This document shows, in pieces, positions 47,346 through 57,900 of a stretch of DNA of 57,900 bases. Each line of letters opens with the position of its first letter. Position 1 is the first letter of the stretch. Position numbers and translations under genes: made by a program. Location of the stretch: assembly GCA_051047955.1 (NCBI GenBank), contig JBPGPT010000006.1, forward strand, positions 620,001 through 677,900, in the 5' to 3' direction. Under the pieces are notes generated by a model. The model was not told the origin of the DNA, did no database searches, and saw only the letters and a list, made by a program, of their open reading frames with translations. Source of the DNA: Cystobasidiomycetes sp. EMM_F5. Its lineage: Eukaryota.

Positions 47346-49574
47346 ATGCGCAGAGCTGGTCTGGCAATAACAGCCCCAGCAGCAGCAGCCCGCCTATTTA
47401 CTTGCCGACCCGCTCGAAGCGCGCAGGCCATTACATCCAGCGGAATGGCTCCAGCTCCTGAGACCCGCAAGCGCAACATTCACTCTACCTCCAAGGCCTC
47501 CTCCGGCGGAGTTACCTACGCACAACAATCTAAAATACCCCATTTGCCCATCCCGACAATTGCTGCGACTGCAGACAAGTTTCTCGACGCTGCACGGCCT
47601 TGGGTCAGCGATGCCAGACCTGGCGTACCAGTTGCTGGAGAACATCACCAGACTGAGGATTACAAGCGCTTAAAGGCGGCAGTTGAGGACTTCAAGACTT
47701 CTCCCTTTGTCCAAGAGCTGCAGACACGGTTACAAGAGCATGCCAAAGGCAAAGATTCCTGGCTTATAAACTGGTTCAATAGTGCAAACTACTTTGGTGC
47801 GTCTCCATACCGAGTTTGGGCTTGAAACACAGTGCGGCTCATGAGCGTCGACTCTATTTTAGGCTATCGCGATGCCATAGTGCCATGGGTAAACTACTAC
47901 TATGTTCACAAGGTCAGACACTCGATTTAACGAGAGAGACTCGCTACTAATACCCAGCTCTGCAGGATGATAGGAGTCGAAGAAATGGTCCCGCTCGAGC
48001 TGCATCGTTAATCAGGGCACTGCTATACTTCCGTCGCATGCTTGACACGTACGTAAAGACGTATTCTATATGATCCCTTTCCCCTCTGACATCTCTTCTA
48101 CCCTCACAGCGAGGTTCTCGAGCCGGAGATGGTCAAAACAACACCGCTTGACATGTCGAGCTATAAATACCTCTTCAATTCTTCGCGGATACCGGAAAAA
48201 CCAGAGGATACTGCGCGGAAATATGACCCAGCTACACACAATCACATTATTGTCGTGCGGAGAGGGCGCTTTTACGAAGTCGAAGTCGTCGACGCTTCTG
48301 GCGAGTTCCTAAGTGCAGCCGATTTACAGAAACAATTCGAGCGGATACAGGAGCTTGCGGACAGTCAGCCTGATGAACAATACCCTGTTGGGATATTGAC
48401 GGCGGAAAACAGGGATACGTGGACTGAAGCACGCCAACTGCTCCTCGATGCGGCGCCAGCTAACAAGCAAGCGCTAGAGCGTATAGAGTCTGCAATCATC
48501 GTGCTTGCTCTCGACAACAGCAAGCCAGTCACACGGGAAGAGCACTCCAGAGGCCTTTGGATCGGCGACGGCAAGAGCCGCTTTTTCGACAAGCATCAAT
48601 GTAAGTTCCCGTTGATGATGTAGGAATCCTGAAGACTGATGATATGGTGTGCACTCGCAGTGATTGTTTTCGACAATGGCCGATCCGGCTTCAATGGCGA
48701 GCACTCTTGCATGGACGGAACACCGACGTCGAGACTCAACGACTGGCTACTCAAGTCTCTAGCGGCAAAGCGTATCGACCTTGGCAATGCCACTGCCAGC
48801 TCGAGTCTGTCTGAACCGACCCAAGTCCATTTCAAACTAGACGGACCTACACAAAAGGCCATCATACATGGTATCGACAATTTCAATACGGAGCTGTCTA
48901 AGCATAAGATCTCCGTCCTGCAATACAATGGCTACGGCAAAGATTTTATCAAGAAATGCAAGACGTCTCCTGATAGCTGGGCGCAGCTCGTCATGCAGTA
49001 CGCATACTACAAGCTGTCCGGATATACAGCACTGGCTGGTACATACGAATCGGCGCAAACGCGAAAATATCAAAGAGGGCGCACGGAAGTGATTCGCTCG
49101 GCTACACCCGAAGCTCTGGCTTGGGTCAAAGCAATGGAAGATAATGATGCCTCCAATGCCAACAAGCTGGACTTGTTCCGGAAAGCAGCTGCCGCGCATA
49201 TCAAGTGGGCGGGGTGGGCGTCCGACGGACAAGGTATTGACCGTCATTTCTTCGGTCTTAAGAAGCTCATTAAGCCTGGAGAAGAGGTGCCAAAGATTTT
49301 CAGCGACCCTGCCTTCGCAGCATCCTCCTACTGGACGCTGTCAACATCGCAACTATCGTCAGAGTTTTTCGATGGCTGGGGTTACGGTCAGGTAGTATCG
49401 GATGGCTTTGGACTAGCATACTCAGTCAACAATACATGCCTGCGTTTCACGATCACTACGACGAACGGCAAAGCCGAGCAGATGAAGCAGTACCTTGCGG
49501 AGGCGGCCGAGGAAGTCAGAGAAGCCGTAGAAAAGGGCATGCAAGAAGCTGAAGCGCCAAAAGCAAAATTGTAA
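47346..49574 (+). CDS. CAT2: Carnitine O-acetyltransferase (mitochondrial/peroxisomal)
   Basis: PHLPIPT, PLDMSSYKYLFN, RFFDKHQ, catalytic GEHSCMDG, TYESAQTRKY, GQGIDRH and LSTSQL. Ends in -AKL. Confidence 0.95.
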
Positions 49575-49668
49575 ACAGTCAATTGTGAGTATAGACATAG
49601 CAGTATGCATAGAGCTACACCCTCGATTTCTGTAACCTTTCCTGCTGGAATTTGGCTAGCCTGGCTTA

Positions 49669-51218
49669 TTATACATGCATTCGCCCCCAACGGATTGCTT
49701 CGTCCTGTTGCAATGCTCGCCTATCTTCAACACAGATGATACATTTGCATCCAATACTCGAGCAGTGTCTCGACAGGCAGGGACCGCAGAATCGCCAAGT
49801 ATCGCCGCCTATGACAAAGGCAGTCTGCTTTATTGGGACAGGGATCTCTTGAAAGATGACGGCTTCCTCCTTGCCGCCTCGGACTGGTGGATTGAACAGG
49901 GTCACGCGTTCTCGAAGCCCTTCCGGCAGAAAGTACTCGTCGTTAGGCATGAAGCGCTGTCTACACGACGCGCAGAGATAGCTTTGATGAAGATCGCTAT
50001 GACGCTGTACGATGTGCATAGGCAGGTCTCCGATAGCATCTTCCGGGAGGTTTTCCAAACACATGTCGAATAGAGAAGGCACAAGGCGATTTTCAGCACG
50101 TTTTTTCTGCCGCACTGCAGACGTGACACGCGGCATTGCCGATGCAATGTCACGCAAGCTGAGCTTGTTACTTTTAGTATGTGCGGTATGCTCCAATTCT
50201 TCCAAATCTCGAAAGAGTGGCAGAAATGGCGGAAGGCTTCTGAGCTGGGTGCCGGAAATATCCAATATCTTGAGTCTGGGCAGGACTGTGGGCAGCCAGT
50301 CTGGCAATGCTGTAAGACGCGCACATGTCAGTACGAGTACAGGCTACGGCGGGTTGCATATACTTTTAACTCACTGCTCATGGGAGTATTCGACAAGTCC
50401 ACTTTCGTGATGTTGTTCACTGTTGTGCTTGCTCCACCGAATTTGGTATACCAGTCCAAGACACGCTGCAAGTTCTGTACCATAGCAGGGACTTCGGCGA
50501 TTTCGGAATTGCAAAGGATAATCTGGTCGCCCATAGAAGACAGGAAGGCCAGCTCGATACAGTCCGTAATCGATTTTTCGACAGCATCACCAGGTCTCCA
50601 AGAGGATCGCCCTTGCTTCTGTTCGGTGCGGAATTACTTTCAGATCTAGGCGTTGAACAATGCCTGCAAAAGCAAAAGTCTTACCTCGCAAACGGAATCA
50701 AGTTCTTGATACCATACAGACATTTCTGGTTGTTTGGGCAGGAAATGGGTAAGCCGAGCCAGAGCGCGGGCGCCATCTGAAGCGAGTCTGCGTTTGCTAG
50801 ACATTGCGGCACGAGTAGCAATGACTGCATCGCCAATCAGCCTCGCTGTAATTGGTAAACGACAGCCGAGGATGCCGCCATCTGGTAATGTCTGGACTGC
50901 CGAATCGAGCCTCTTGAGCGCAGCTAGCAGGTCTATCCAATTTCTCCGCAGTAGGGCCAACCGTCCAGCTAATAGAGCCAACGTGATTCGTTCAGAGAGG
51001 CGCTTGCTGATATTGGCGAGCCCAACAGATGATGTCTGCGGTCGCAACTTTGTAGTATGTTTCAGCGCATCTCGATAAAGGATTGCGATTTGGTCAGTAT
51101 TGTCAAGTGCAAGCGTCTTTGTGTCGCGAGAGCTGTCTGAAGATTCGCTGCTCGACGATTCTTCGTCATCATCGTGCTGATTGTGGGATCGGATCTTGCG
51201 TGTGTCATCGACCGGCAT
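49669..51218 (-). CDS. Leucine-rich-repeat protein with a BC-box-like motif and Cys-rich C-terminus
   Basis: LRR units ITKVDLSNTPM and LKILDISGTQLRSLP, then VPSLFDMCLENL, CASC and CGPC..HC..CKCIIC. Joined from ORFs 50646-51224, 50328-50534 and 49669-50307. Start uncertain. Confidence 0.6.
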
Positions 51219-51439
51219 AGCCAATCACTCGCAGTGTTAATGCTAGGGAAGAGGCTCAACGGCATAGTAGCAAGGTCCTGGCATCTTGTTGCCAGCAAAA
51301 CTGACAGTGTTCAAGCGGTCAGTTGAACGCCAAAGGCCGTGATCGGTCAACACAGCTGGTAGCCCATCAAGGACTTCTGTCGCTCCGTGGCCAATTCAAC
51401 CCATAACGTACTGACGATGATCACTTCTATCTGAAACAT

Positions 51440-53387
51440 TGACCGCGCAGCCCTTTACGCGGTCGTCCTGTCCGGATCCCTTGTCTGGCGTAACTAACCT
51501 CAAACCACACTCACAGGATGTTCCGGCTGCACCTTTCATCGAGATTCATCTAGCCACGGTATCGGACGTTTGCACGAGCAGACACATTCTGCTCCCTCTA
51601 CAACATGGCTCAAGCGAAGCAACCACTTTACAGGCGCGTCATTCACGGTGGCAAGTGGCAGAACTTCGCGGCGGGTATCGCTTGCGGGGCTTCATATGTC
51701 AGCTTGCATGCCGTGCATTGGCACCCTCACTGGCTCACTATACTCGAGTCAGCTGAGTGAGCCGCTCGATGTACCGTACGACTTTGTTCACGCTCATTTT
51801 CGCAGGCTGGTCCTATTCTTTCTCAACGTATCGATTTTCAGTGTAAACCTCTTTCTACTGGCGCTCTCCAGTATTCGTCAGTTTAGGACCCATATGGAGC
51901 TTCCAGGACTGCGGGCTGATGGCTATGCATCGCAGTGAAGCCCACAAAATTCGTACAAAGTCTGGCCGACCCGTCGACAAACTTGCTTGTCCCACTTTTT
52001 GCGCTAAACTTTGCGACTCTGTGCATCGGGATATTGAGCTATGCCGCCGAACTTGGTGGATTTGATTCTCGCAACTATCCGTTATCGTACATAGCCATTT
52101 TTTGGTAAGTCTAATTTGGATTCACCATAGATATGCTCGGCTCACATGTCAAACAAAGGACGTATTTCGCCCTGTCATTGATCTGCTGTATTCCAATCAT
52201 CCTTGTATGGTTCGGGACAGTTGGCAAAGCGCATGAGCTAAGCAGCTTCAGCCTGACGGGCTGTTTCCTCGTCTTTCCAATGGTGCGCATTTTCACAATC
52301 TCCCCTTGTGTAGCTCACAATCGCTATAGATGCTCGTTGGAACAGTCGGTATCAACGTGCTCGATCGCATCAATGCAGACCATCCGCAGACTTTGGCAAT
52401 ATTGCTCGTCAGCTATATCATGCAAGGTCTGGGATTCTGCGTCTCCATGTCCTTCATTGTCGTAAGTCAGTATCGTGCAATACGATACGGATTTCATAGA
52501 GGTGCCAGTGCAGCCTCAGCTTTCATCGCCGCTGGTCCGCCAGGTAAAGTAGTGTATACTTATACCGTAACGTCAACGCAGCTAAGAAAAACTCCAGGCT
52601 TTACTGCTCTTGCTCTAGTCAGACTCGGCCAGTATGGACGAGACATGTGAGCGCTGTGCAATCCGTGTGACGCTATAACCGTCTGACATTGCGCTGCTGC
52701 AGCTTACCGAGGCACACTCCTATACCACAAGAAGGGGCAGACGTATTCTACTACGCCGCCTTGCCAGCAGCCCTGATCCTACAGGGTTTGGCACTATACT
52801 TTTGGTTTTTTGCGCTCCTGCCATGGCTGTAAGCAGAACCCCAACGCACGAATGAACCGGCTGACCGATCTGACTAACAGGCTCAATTGGAGGGGACATC
52901 TAGTTAGTGAGTCGACCTCTTAAAAGTCACCGAAGCCTGGCTAAACAGCAGCCAAACGCGCACAGTCAACCCTTCTGGCTCCTGGCCGCTTACCTTTCCC
53001 ACGGGTAAGCTCTCATATTGACTTGTGTGCCATGCATTTCTTGACTGCGCATGTATAGCCGGACTCATCGGTAATTTTGCTGCACTGGGCGACGCATTCG
53101 GAGCAACGGGGTCAGTGAGTAGTAGAATCTGCCCAGAGCCAGCACTCAGATATCCCACTTTGTTCAGCTTTTATGTTCTGCAAGCGATATGGGCTGGAAT
53201 CGTCGTTTTCGAATTTCTTGTCATTTTCAGCTGCTGGATATACCGCTTGATGCGACCAACGGACGTTAATCTCAAAGCAGCACGATCTGCGGCCTGGAAT
53301 GACGAGCACATATCTTTCTGGAGTTCCTATCGTCAAGCGGAATTGGCGGAACGGGAATATCTGAAGCGCGCTAACGGGGTAGAATGA
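51440..53387 (+). CDS. TDT/SLAC1-family anion transporter (Mae1/Ssu1-like); start approximate
   Basis: KRSNHFTGASFTV, FLVFPM.LVG, YIMQGLGF, FIAAGPPGFTALAL and SWPLTFP, with many hydrophobic segments. Confidence 0.8.
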
Positions 53388-53623
53388 GGGGTTCCAAGCG
53401 ACGTTCGTAGGATACTTATTGTGACGCACTATATGCATCTGTAGATGTGTGTCTAGAATCAGTAGAATGACTGCAAGCGGATCGGCTGTACTTAAAACAT
53501 CGCCACGTCTTCGGACATGTTCCGTCCATCCTACCACTACCTTGCACCATCCGTCTCGACGGTGTCTACTGGCCTACATGCGATGACCTTCCCTTGCTAG
53601 CATCAACCAGGCCTGCTAATACC

Positions 53624-54956
53624 ATGACTGGATTCGCTCATGCAGCGGGGACCAAAGGCACGGTTGTGACGGCATTGCTCGTACGCTACATTGCTGATGC
53701 CAATTTTGCAGGGCTTTTGTTGGCTCTAGGTTTTACATCAGTCATTGGAAGGTGAGCAGGCTATTAGGTTCAGGCGAAGAGCTACCCCATACTGATGTTG
53801 CCCGGTAAAGTACCTTCGGCCGAAAGTACTTATTTCATTTGCAGCTGATCCCACACATTACACGGTGAGTGATACGCATCCTTCTTACAGACAAGCACCG
53901 CTAAATCTGCTGGCGTTATAAGGGATCATCAGGTGCTGTCGTCTTTTGATTTATTGGTTCGACATCCGCTAATAATGCATTGCAGCTATGGCGACTCATA
54001 TCGCGAAATTTGGCCTTCACGAGCAGTATCGACGTCTTCATATCAATTCTTCTCATATATACGCGCGCCATACAATTGGAGCGTAGGTATGGCACTGTCA
54101 AGTTCGTGGTATGTACCGCCACTCCAGAGCCGGAACAGAGACAAGCTGAGCAGACATGAAATGCGTCTTTCAGTCGTTCGCGATAGTCTCCGCTATCATC
54201 GGTACGGCGTTGGAAGTGGTCGCTTTGACAGTAGGCCATCGTTTCGGGCTTCAGTATGTGCGAAGTTTAAAGTTTGCTGCGACCTGCACTGACTCGGGTT
54301 ATCTGGCACCGGTGCAGGACTCTTCCCGCTGGCCCCTTCACCCTAGTCTTTTCGCTCCTCTACACATCCAGCTTGCACGTACCTGCGTCCTACGCGTATA
54401 AAGTCTTTGGCATACCCTTCACCAATCGGGCAATCACGTATCTCCTATCCTTCCTGCTGGTGTTCGCGTCGCCTCCAAACTCTATCGTCTCAGCCGCCTG
54501 CGGAGTTCTCGCTGGCATTCTGTACTGCGCAAATGTGTTTGGCAGTCGGCAATGGCGCATCCCTAAATGGATTCAACGCCTAGGAGCACGCTACCTTGGA
54601 CCTGTGTTATCGACCTCGCGAATGCCACGGAGGTCCACTCATGCACAGATAGGTGATACCCTGCCGGATGCGCAACCGCGGTCTCAGGCACCGCAGGGCG
54701 CTTCGACTGCTCGTCAAGGGGCCATTTCGGAAGTCGTCCAAACTTTGTGAGCATATGTCTACGCCAAGCGTTTACCTGTCACACCAGGCTGATATCGCTG
54801 TGTAGCGCAAGCACTCGCTCACAGGCCGCTCCTCCTGCGGAAGCGGTAGCGCAATTACGAGCCATGTTTCCAGCTGCATCGATCGAACAGGTCAACAGTG
54901 CTTTGCAACGCGGTAACAACGATGTCAGCCAATCAGTCGAATACCTGCTGCAGTAA
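53624..54956 (+). CDS. DSC2: Dsc2/UBAC2-like rhomboid pseudoprotease with a C-terminal UBA domain
   Basis: MTGF.HA..TKGLL, HLQLIPHITRDHQLWRL, ERRYGTVKF, AGPFTLVF and C-terminal AVAQLRAMFP..ALQRGNNDVSQSVEYLL. Confidence 0.8.
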
Positions 54957-55199
54957 AGTATGGCAGGCGGCAGGCTCGCGAATGAGTGAACATACGCACT
55001 GCGCGTTTCCCCCGCGCGAATCACATACGATACATTCGTCATATTACCCTAAAGACTTCATGCTACACGGTTGCAGGCGTTCAGAGACCCGTTGCGACAG
55101 TACTGCTACTTTGCATTGTTGCGAATAGCTTCTTCTAGGCGGGAATGCTTCGAGGTGAAAGAAGGGTATCGGGCGGAGACGTGACAGATACTCCTGATG

Positions 55200-56511
55200 T
55201 CATAAAAAGTAATGCAACGAAGTAGTTTTATGCGGAATACTCCTAGATTCGGATGGCGCAGCATCGAACACCTTGTACGATTGATTGAGATGATCGTCAA
55301 GATGTAGTATAGAAGCCACGTTTCCGCATCTGGCGCAACGAAGATGCGTGAGCTCTGCTCAATAGAGTTAGGTCAAACCTTACCTGTAGCAGTAATTAGG
55401 TGCGCTCCAAACGGTCACTAACGCGCCATCGTGAACTATCTTGTAGCCTTCCATTACCAGCTGATGGGCGCGGGCTATTAGATCCAAGTCGTTTGCATAT
55501 ACGAACTTCTTCGTGATGTCATTGCCAAACAGATAGCCAGCTCCCCGCGGAGAAATGCCCCAACCCATAATGTCGTCCGGATCTGACCAAAGCAGATCGC
55601 ACATAGCCCCCTCATGCGGTACCTCTTGCTTTCGGTCTATTAACCGAATCTGCGAAACAAGATGAGCAGCATGTAGCAGCCCTGAAGAAGAGTCCTTACT
55701 TGGTCTATTGACTGAATATTCGGACTCAGACCTCCATGAACACAGAATACTCTGCCGTCCACTATCGCCGCCAAAGCCAAGTAGTCAAAAATCTCGCAGC
55801 AATGCCTCCAGACACTCGCACTCCCGTATTTCCGCTGACACTCCTCATAGAATCCGTACACTTGGGTGATTTGTCGAGACTCGTGATTGCCTCGAATGAG
55901 TGTGATGCGATCCGGATATCGTACTTTCAGCGCCAAGAGGAGAAGAAACGTCTCAACCGAATAGAAGCCTCTGTCTACAAAGTCACCTGGTAGCGTTTCG
56001 TAGGGTTCGCTTCAGCGTGTAACTTGGACCGCGGCGAGAGGAGCGTACCCATGAACAAGTAATTCGTGTCTGGACATTGTCCGCCGACAGCGAAAAGCTC
56101 CTGTAAGTCGTGAAACTGTTGTAACATTTTGTGAGAGGTTTCCAAGTTGAGCATATGTATCGAATCACCTGTCCGTGAATGTCACCGCAAATCTGCACAG
56201 AAGTATCAAACATGTAAGCCTAAGTCGTGATACTTGACAAGCGTCGGATGGGCGAGACATGGAAGCCTACCGTGACTGGTGAATCGACCCATTGTACGTT
56301 TGCCTCTTCGATAAGAATTTCGCGAGCTTTCAAGCAGAGTTCTTTGACTTGTGGCTCGGAGATGTGCTCGCACCGCCGAAGCTGCTCAATCTGCCTGCAA
56401 TACAGCGACAGTGTTCCCGGAAAGCAGAAGTCATTGACATCCCAACATCAGGAACGGTATTCGAGGGTGAGCTTCGCGTTGCTGAGCTCACTTGTCGAGG
56501 TCGCTCGACAT
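55200..56511 (-). CDS. PPH3: Ser/Thr protein phosphatase PP4 catalytic subunit
   Basis: [45 protein letters not shown] and [11 protein letters not shown]. Ends in YFL. Confidence 0.9.
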
Positions 56512-57900
56512 ATGACGACCCCAGAATTGGGCCTTGTCCGCGACCGAGCAGTACTGCCAATTGACTAGACAACAAGTAATCGCCGTTTGTATTCTGGCAC
56601 CTTTGAAATTCGTGATCGATTCGGTTTCGTGCGTACCAACTGGTTCGGGTGTGCTGTATCCGCCAAACACTGCCGAAATGCCTTATTGACGACAGTCCTA
56701 AGTATCTGTGCGTCGCCGCAACGTCGCCTAGCCACTGCAGAGTCGTTAGCAAGGTTTAAGGCATGCGGTACAAATTTCGACAATGGCCGGCTCCTGCATT
56801 GTACGAGGTGCGTGGATGACAAATTCACCACATCATACATTCCATCATGACTGTAAACGATGAAATCAATAATACAAGATGACGAGTCGGAGCGTATCCC
56901 TCCGAAAAACGGCTGTTGGCGCAGCTGGAGGGAATGGCGAAGGCGATAACACTCTTGGCTACCTAAACAATTTTCCTGAATTTTATACACTGTATCTTCC
57001 TCATTGCTGTATGCTCTGGGTTCGCCTGGCTGACTTGCGGTTACATTCCAACTTCATAGATAGAGTCAGTAGTATAGTATCGGACTCAGCGGACGATGGT
57101 CATTCGGACGTGCAAGAGTGACATTGTGTAGCTTTCGCACTATCTGTACCATGCCCTGCATCTCATTACAGTGGGTTCGCCCGGCTGTCTTCAATATCGG
57201 TGCATCAGGCCATTCGAAGAAAAGAAATCCAGAAATATCGGCCTTACATAATAGGGACCTTACGAACTCTTCCTCAGAAAATGGAGCCTATGGTGTATAT
57301 CATTTGCGTTTCTGCCGGAGATGTCGTCGTTTGCTTATCGAAAGTCGGAACCTCTTTGGTTCAGCGACTAATGCAATTGCCAACGCGATGATGGCCTCAG
57401 TCAATGCGCCGCTTCAGATCAGCATGTAATTCACGTGCCTTCCGTAAATCTTCTCGAACGTTCCATCTCAATCGCGTCTAACAGTCTCGTCCGCATCGCG
57501 GCCCGGATTTTGTCTGACAGAATCACACTTGCAGCCATGCCATATAATCGAAAGCTCTCAGGATTGGCAGCTTGTCCTATACTGACCCACGGGTGGCCTC
57601 GAAACCTGATTGCAGCCTGACAGCTTTTGCTTCTTTGTCTTTATGCGAGTCTCAACCTTTCTCCAGCCATTCGGTCTCGAAGATGTCGGACAACAGACGG
57701 CAGGACAGATACCAGATGATCCATATAGTCTGCAACATTGGCTGTCCTGGCTCGCATCTTTACCCGGTAGATTTCCTATTTTTTTGCGAAGGACCAGTGT
57801 CACAAACCCATTCTGACAGATGAAACAGGCGCTGTTGTGGAATGCTTTGGCAAGGGCATCGAGCACTTGTGGCACTCAATTGAGCATGCATACTGGACTG

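Noticed and set aside
56600..57900. Possible gene at the right end of the window
   Set aside because: Short open frames on both strands, with no recognisable motif or coherent exon chain. Needs RNA-seq.
1..57900. TGA-CTA readthrough or cryptic PTS1, tRNAs, TPP riboswitch, telomerase template, mating-type genes
   Set aside because: Modelled stop codons are not followed by CTA. GTTCGA hits lack cloverleaves. No TPP core, CTAACCCTAA template, or pheromone/receptor/homeodomain gene was seen by eye.

Overview
Gene-dense fungal chromosomal DNA, probably a basidiomycete yeast (inferred from ~50% GC, many 50-65 nt GT..CTRAC..AG introns and the gene content). About 27 intron-containing protein genes are present: FG nucleoporin, MET16, GHITM/BI-1, TPP2, alpha/beta hydrolase, SAP-like protein, KGD4, uL24m, proteasome alpha1, LSG1, FAD monooxygenase, amidase, GH5 mannanase-like, Zn2Cys6 factor, RPS28, glycogenin, fumarase, PAP2 phosphatase, uS12m, SPO71-like, CAT2, LRR protein, TDT transporter, DSC2, PP4 catalytic subunit and hypothetical genes. 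The most striking non-coding features, both invisible in the ORF track, are (1) two near-identical inward-facing U3-like box C/D snoRNA genes (33349-33689 + and 46661-47001 -) forming a ~460 bp inverted repeat around a ~13 kb six-gene block, and (2) a multi-stem RNA structure downstream of RPS28. An LRR + BC-box + Cys-rich protein may be an undescribed Elongin-C ubiquitin ligase adaptor. No tRNA, rRNA, CRISPR array or transposon was recognised. Gene models were spliced by eye and identities come from recalled family motifs, not database searches. CDS coordinates span start to stop including introns.
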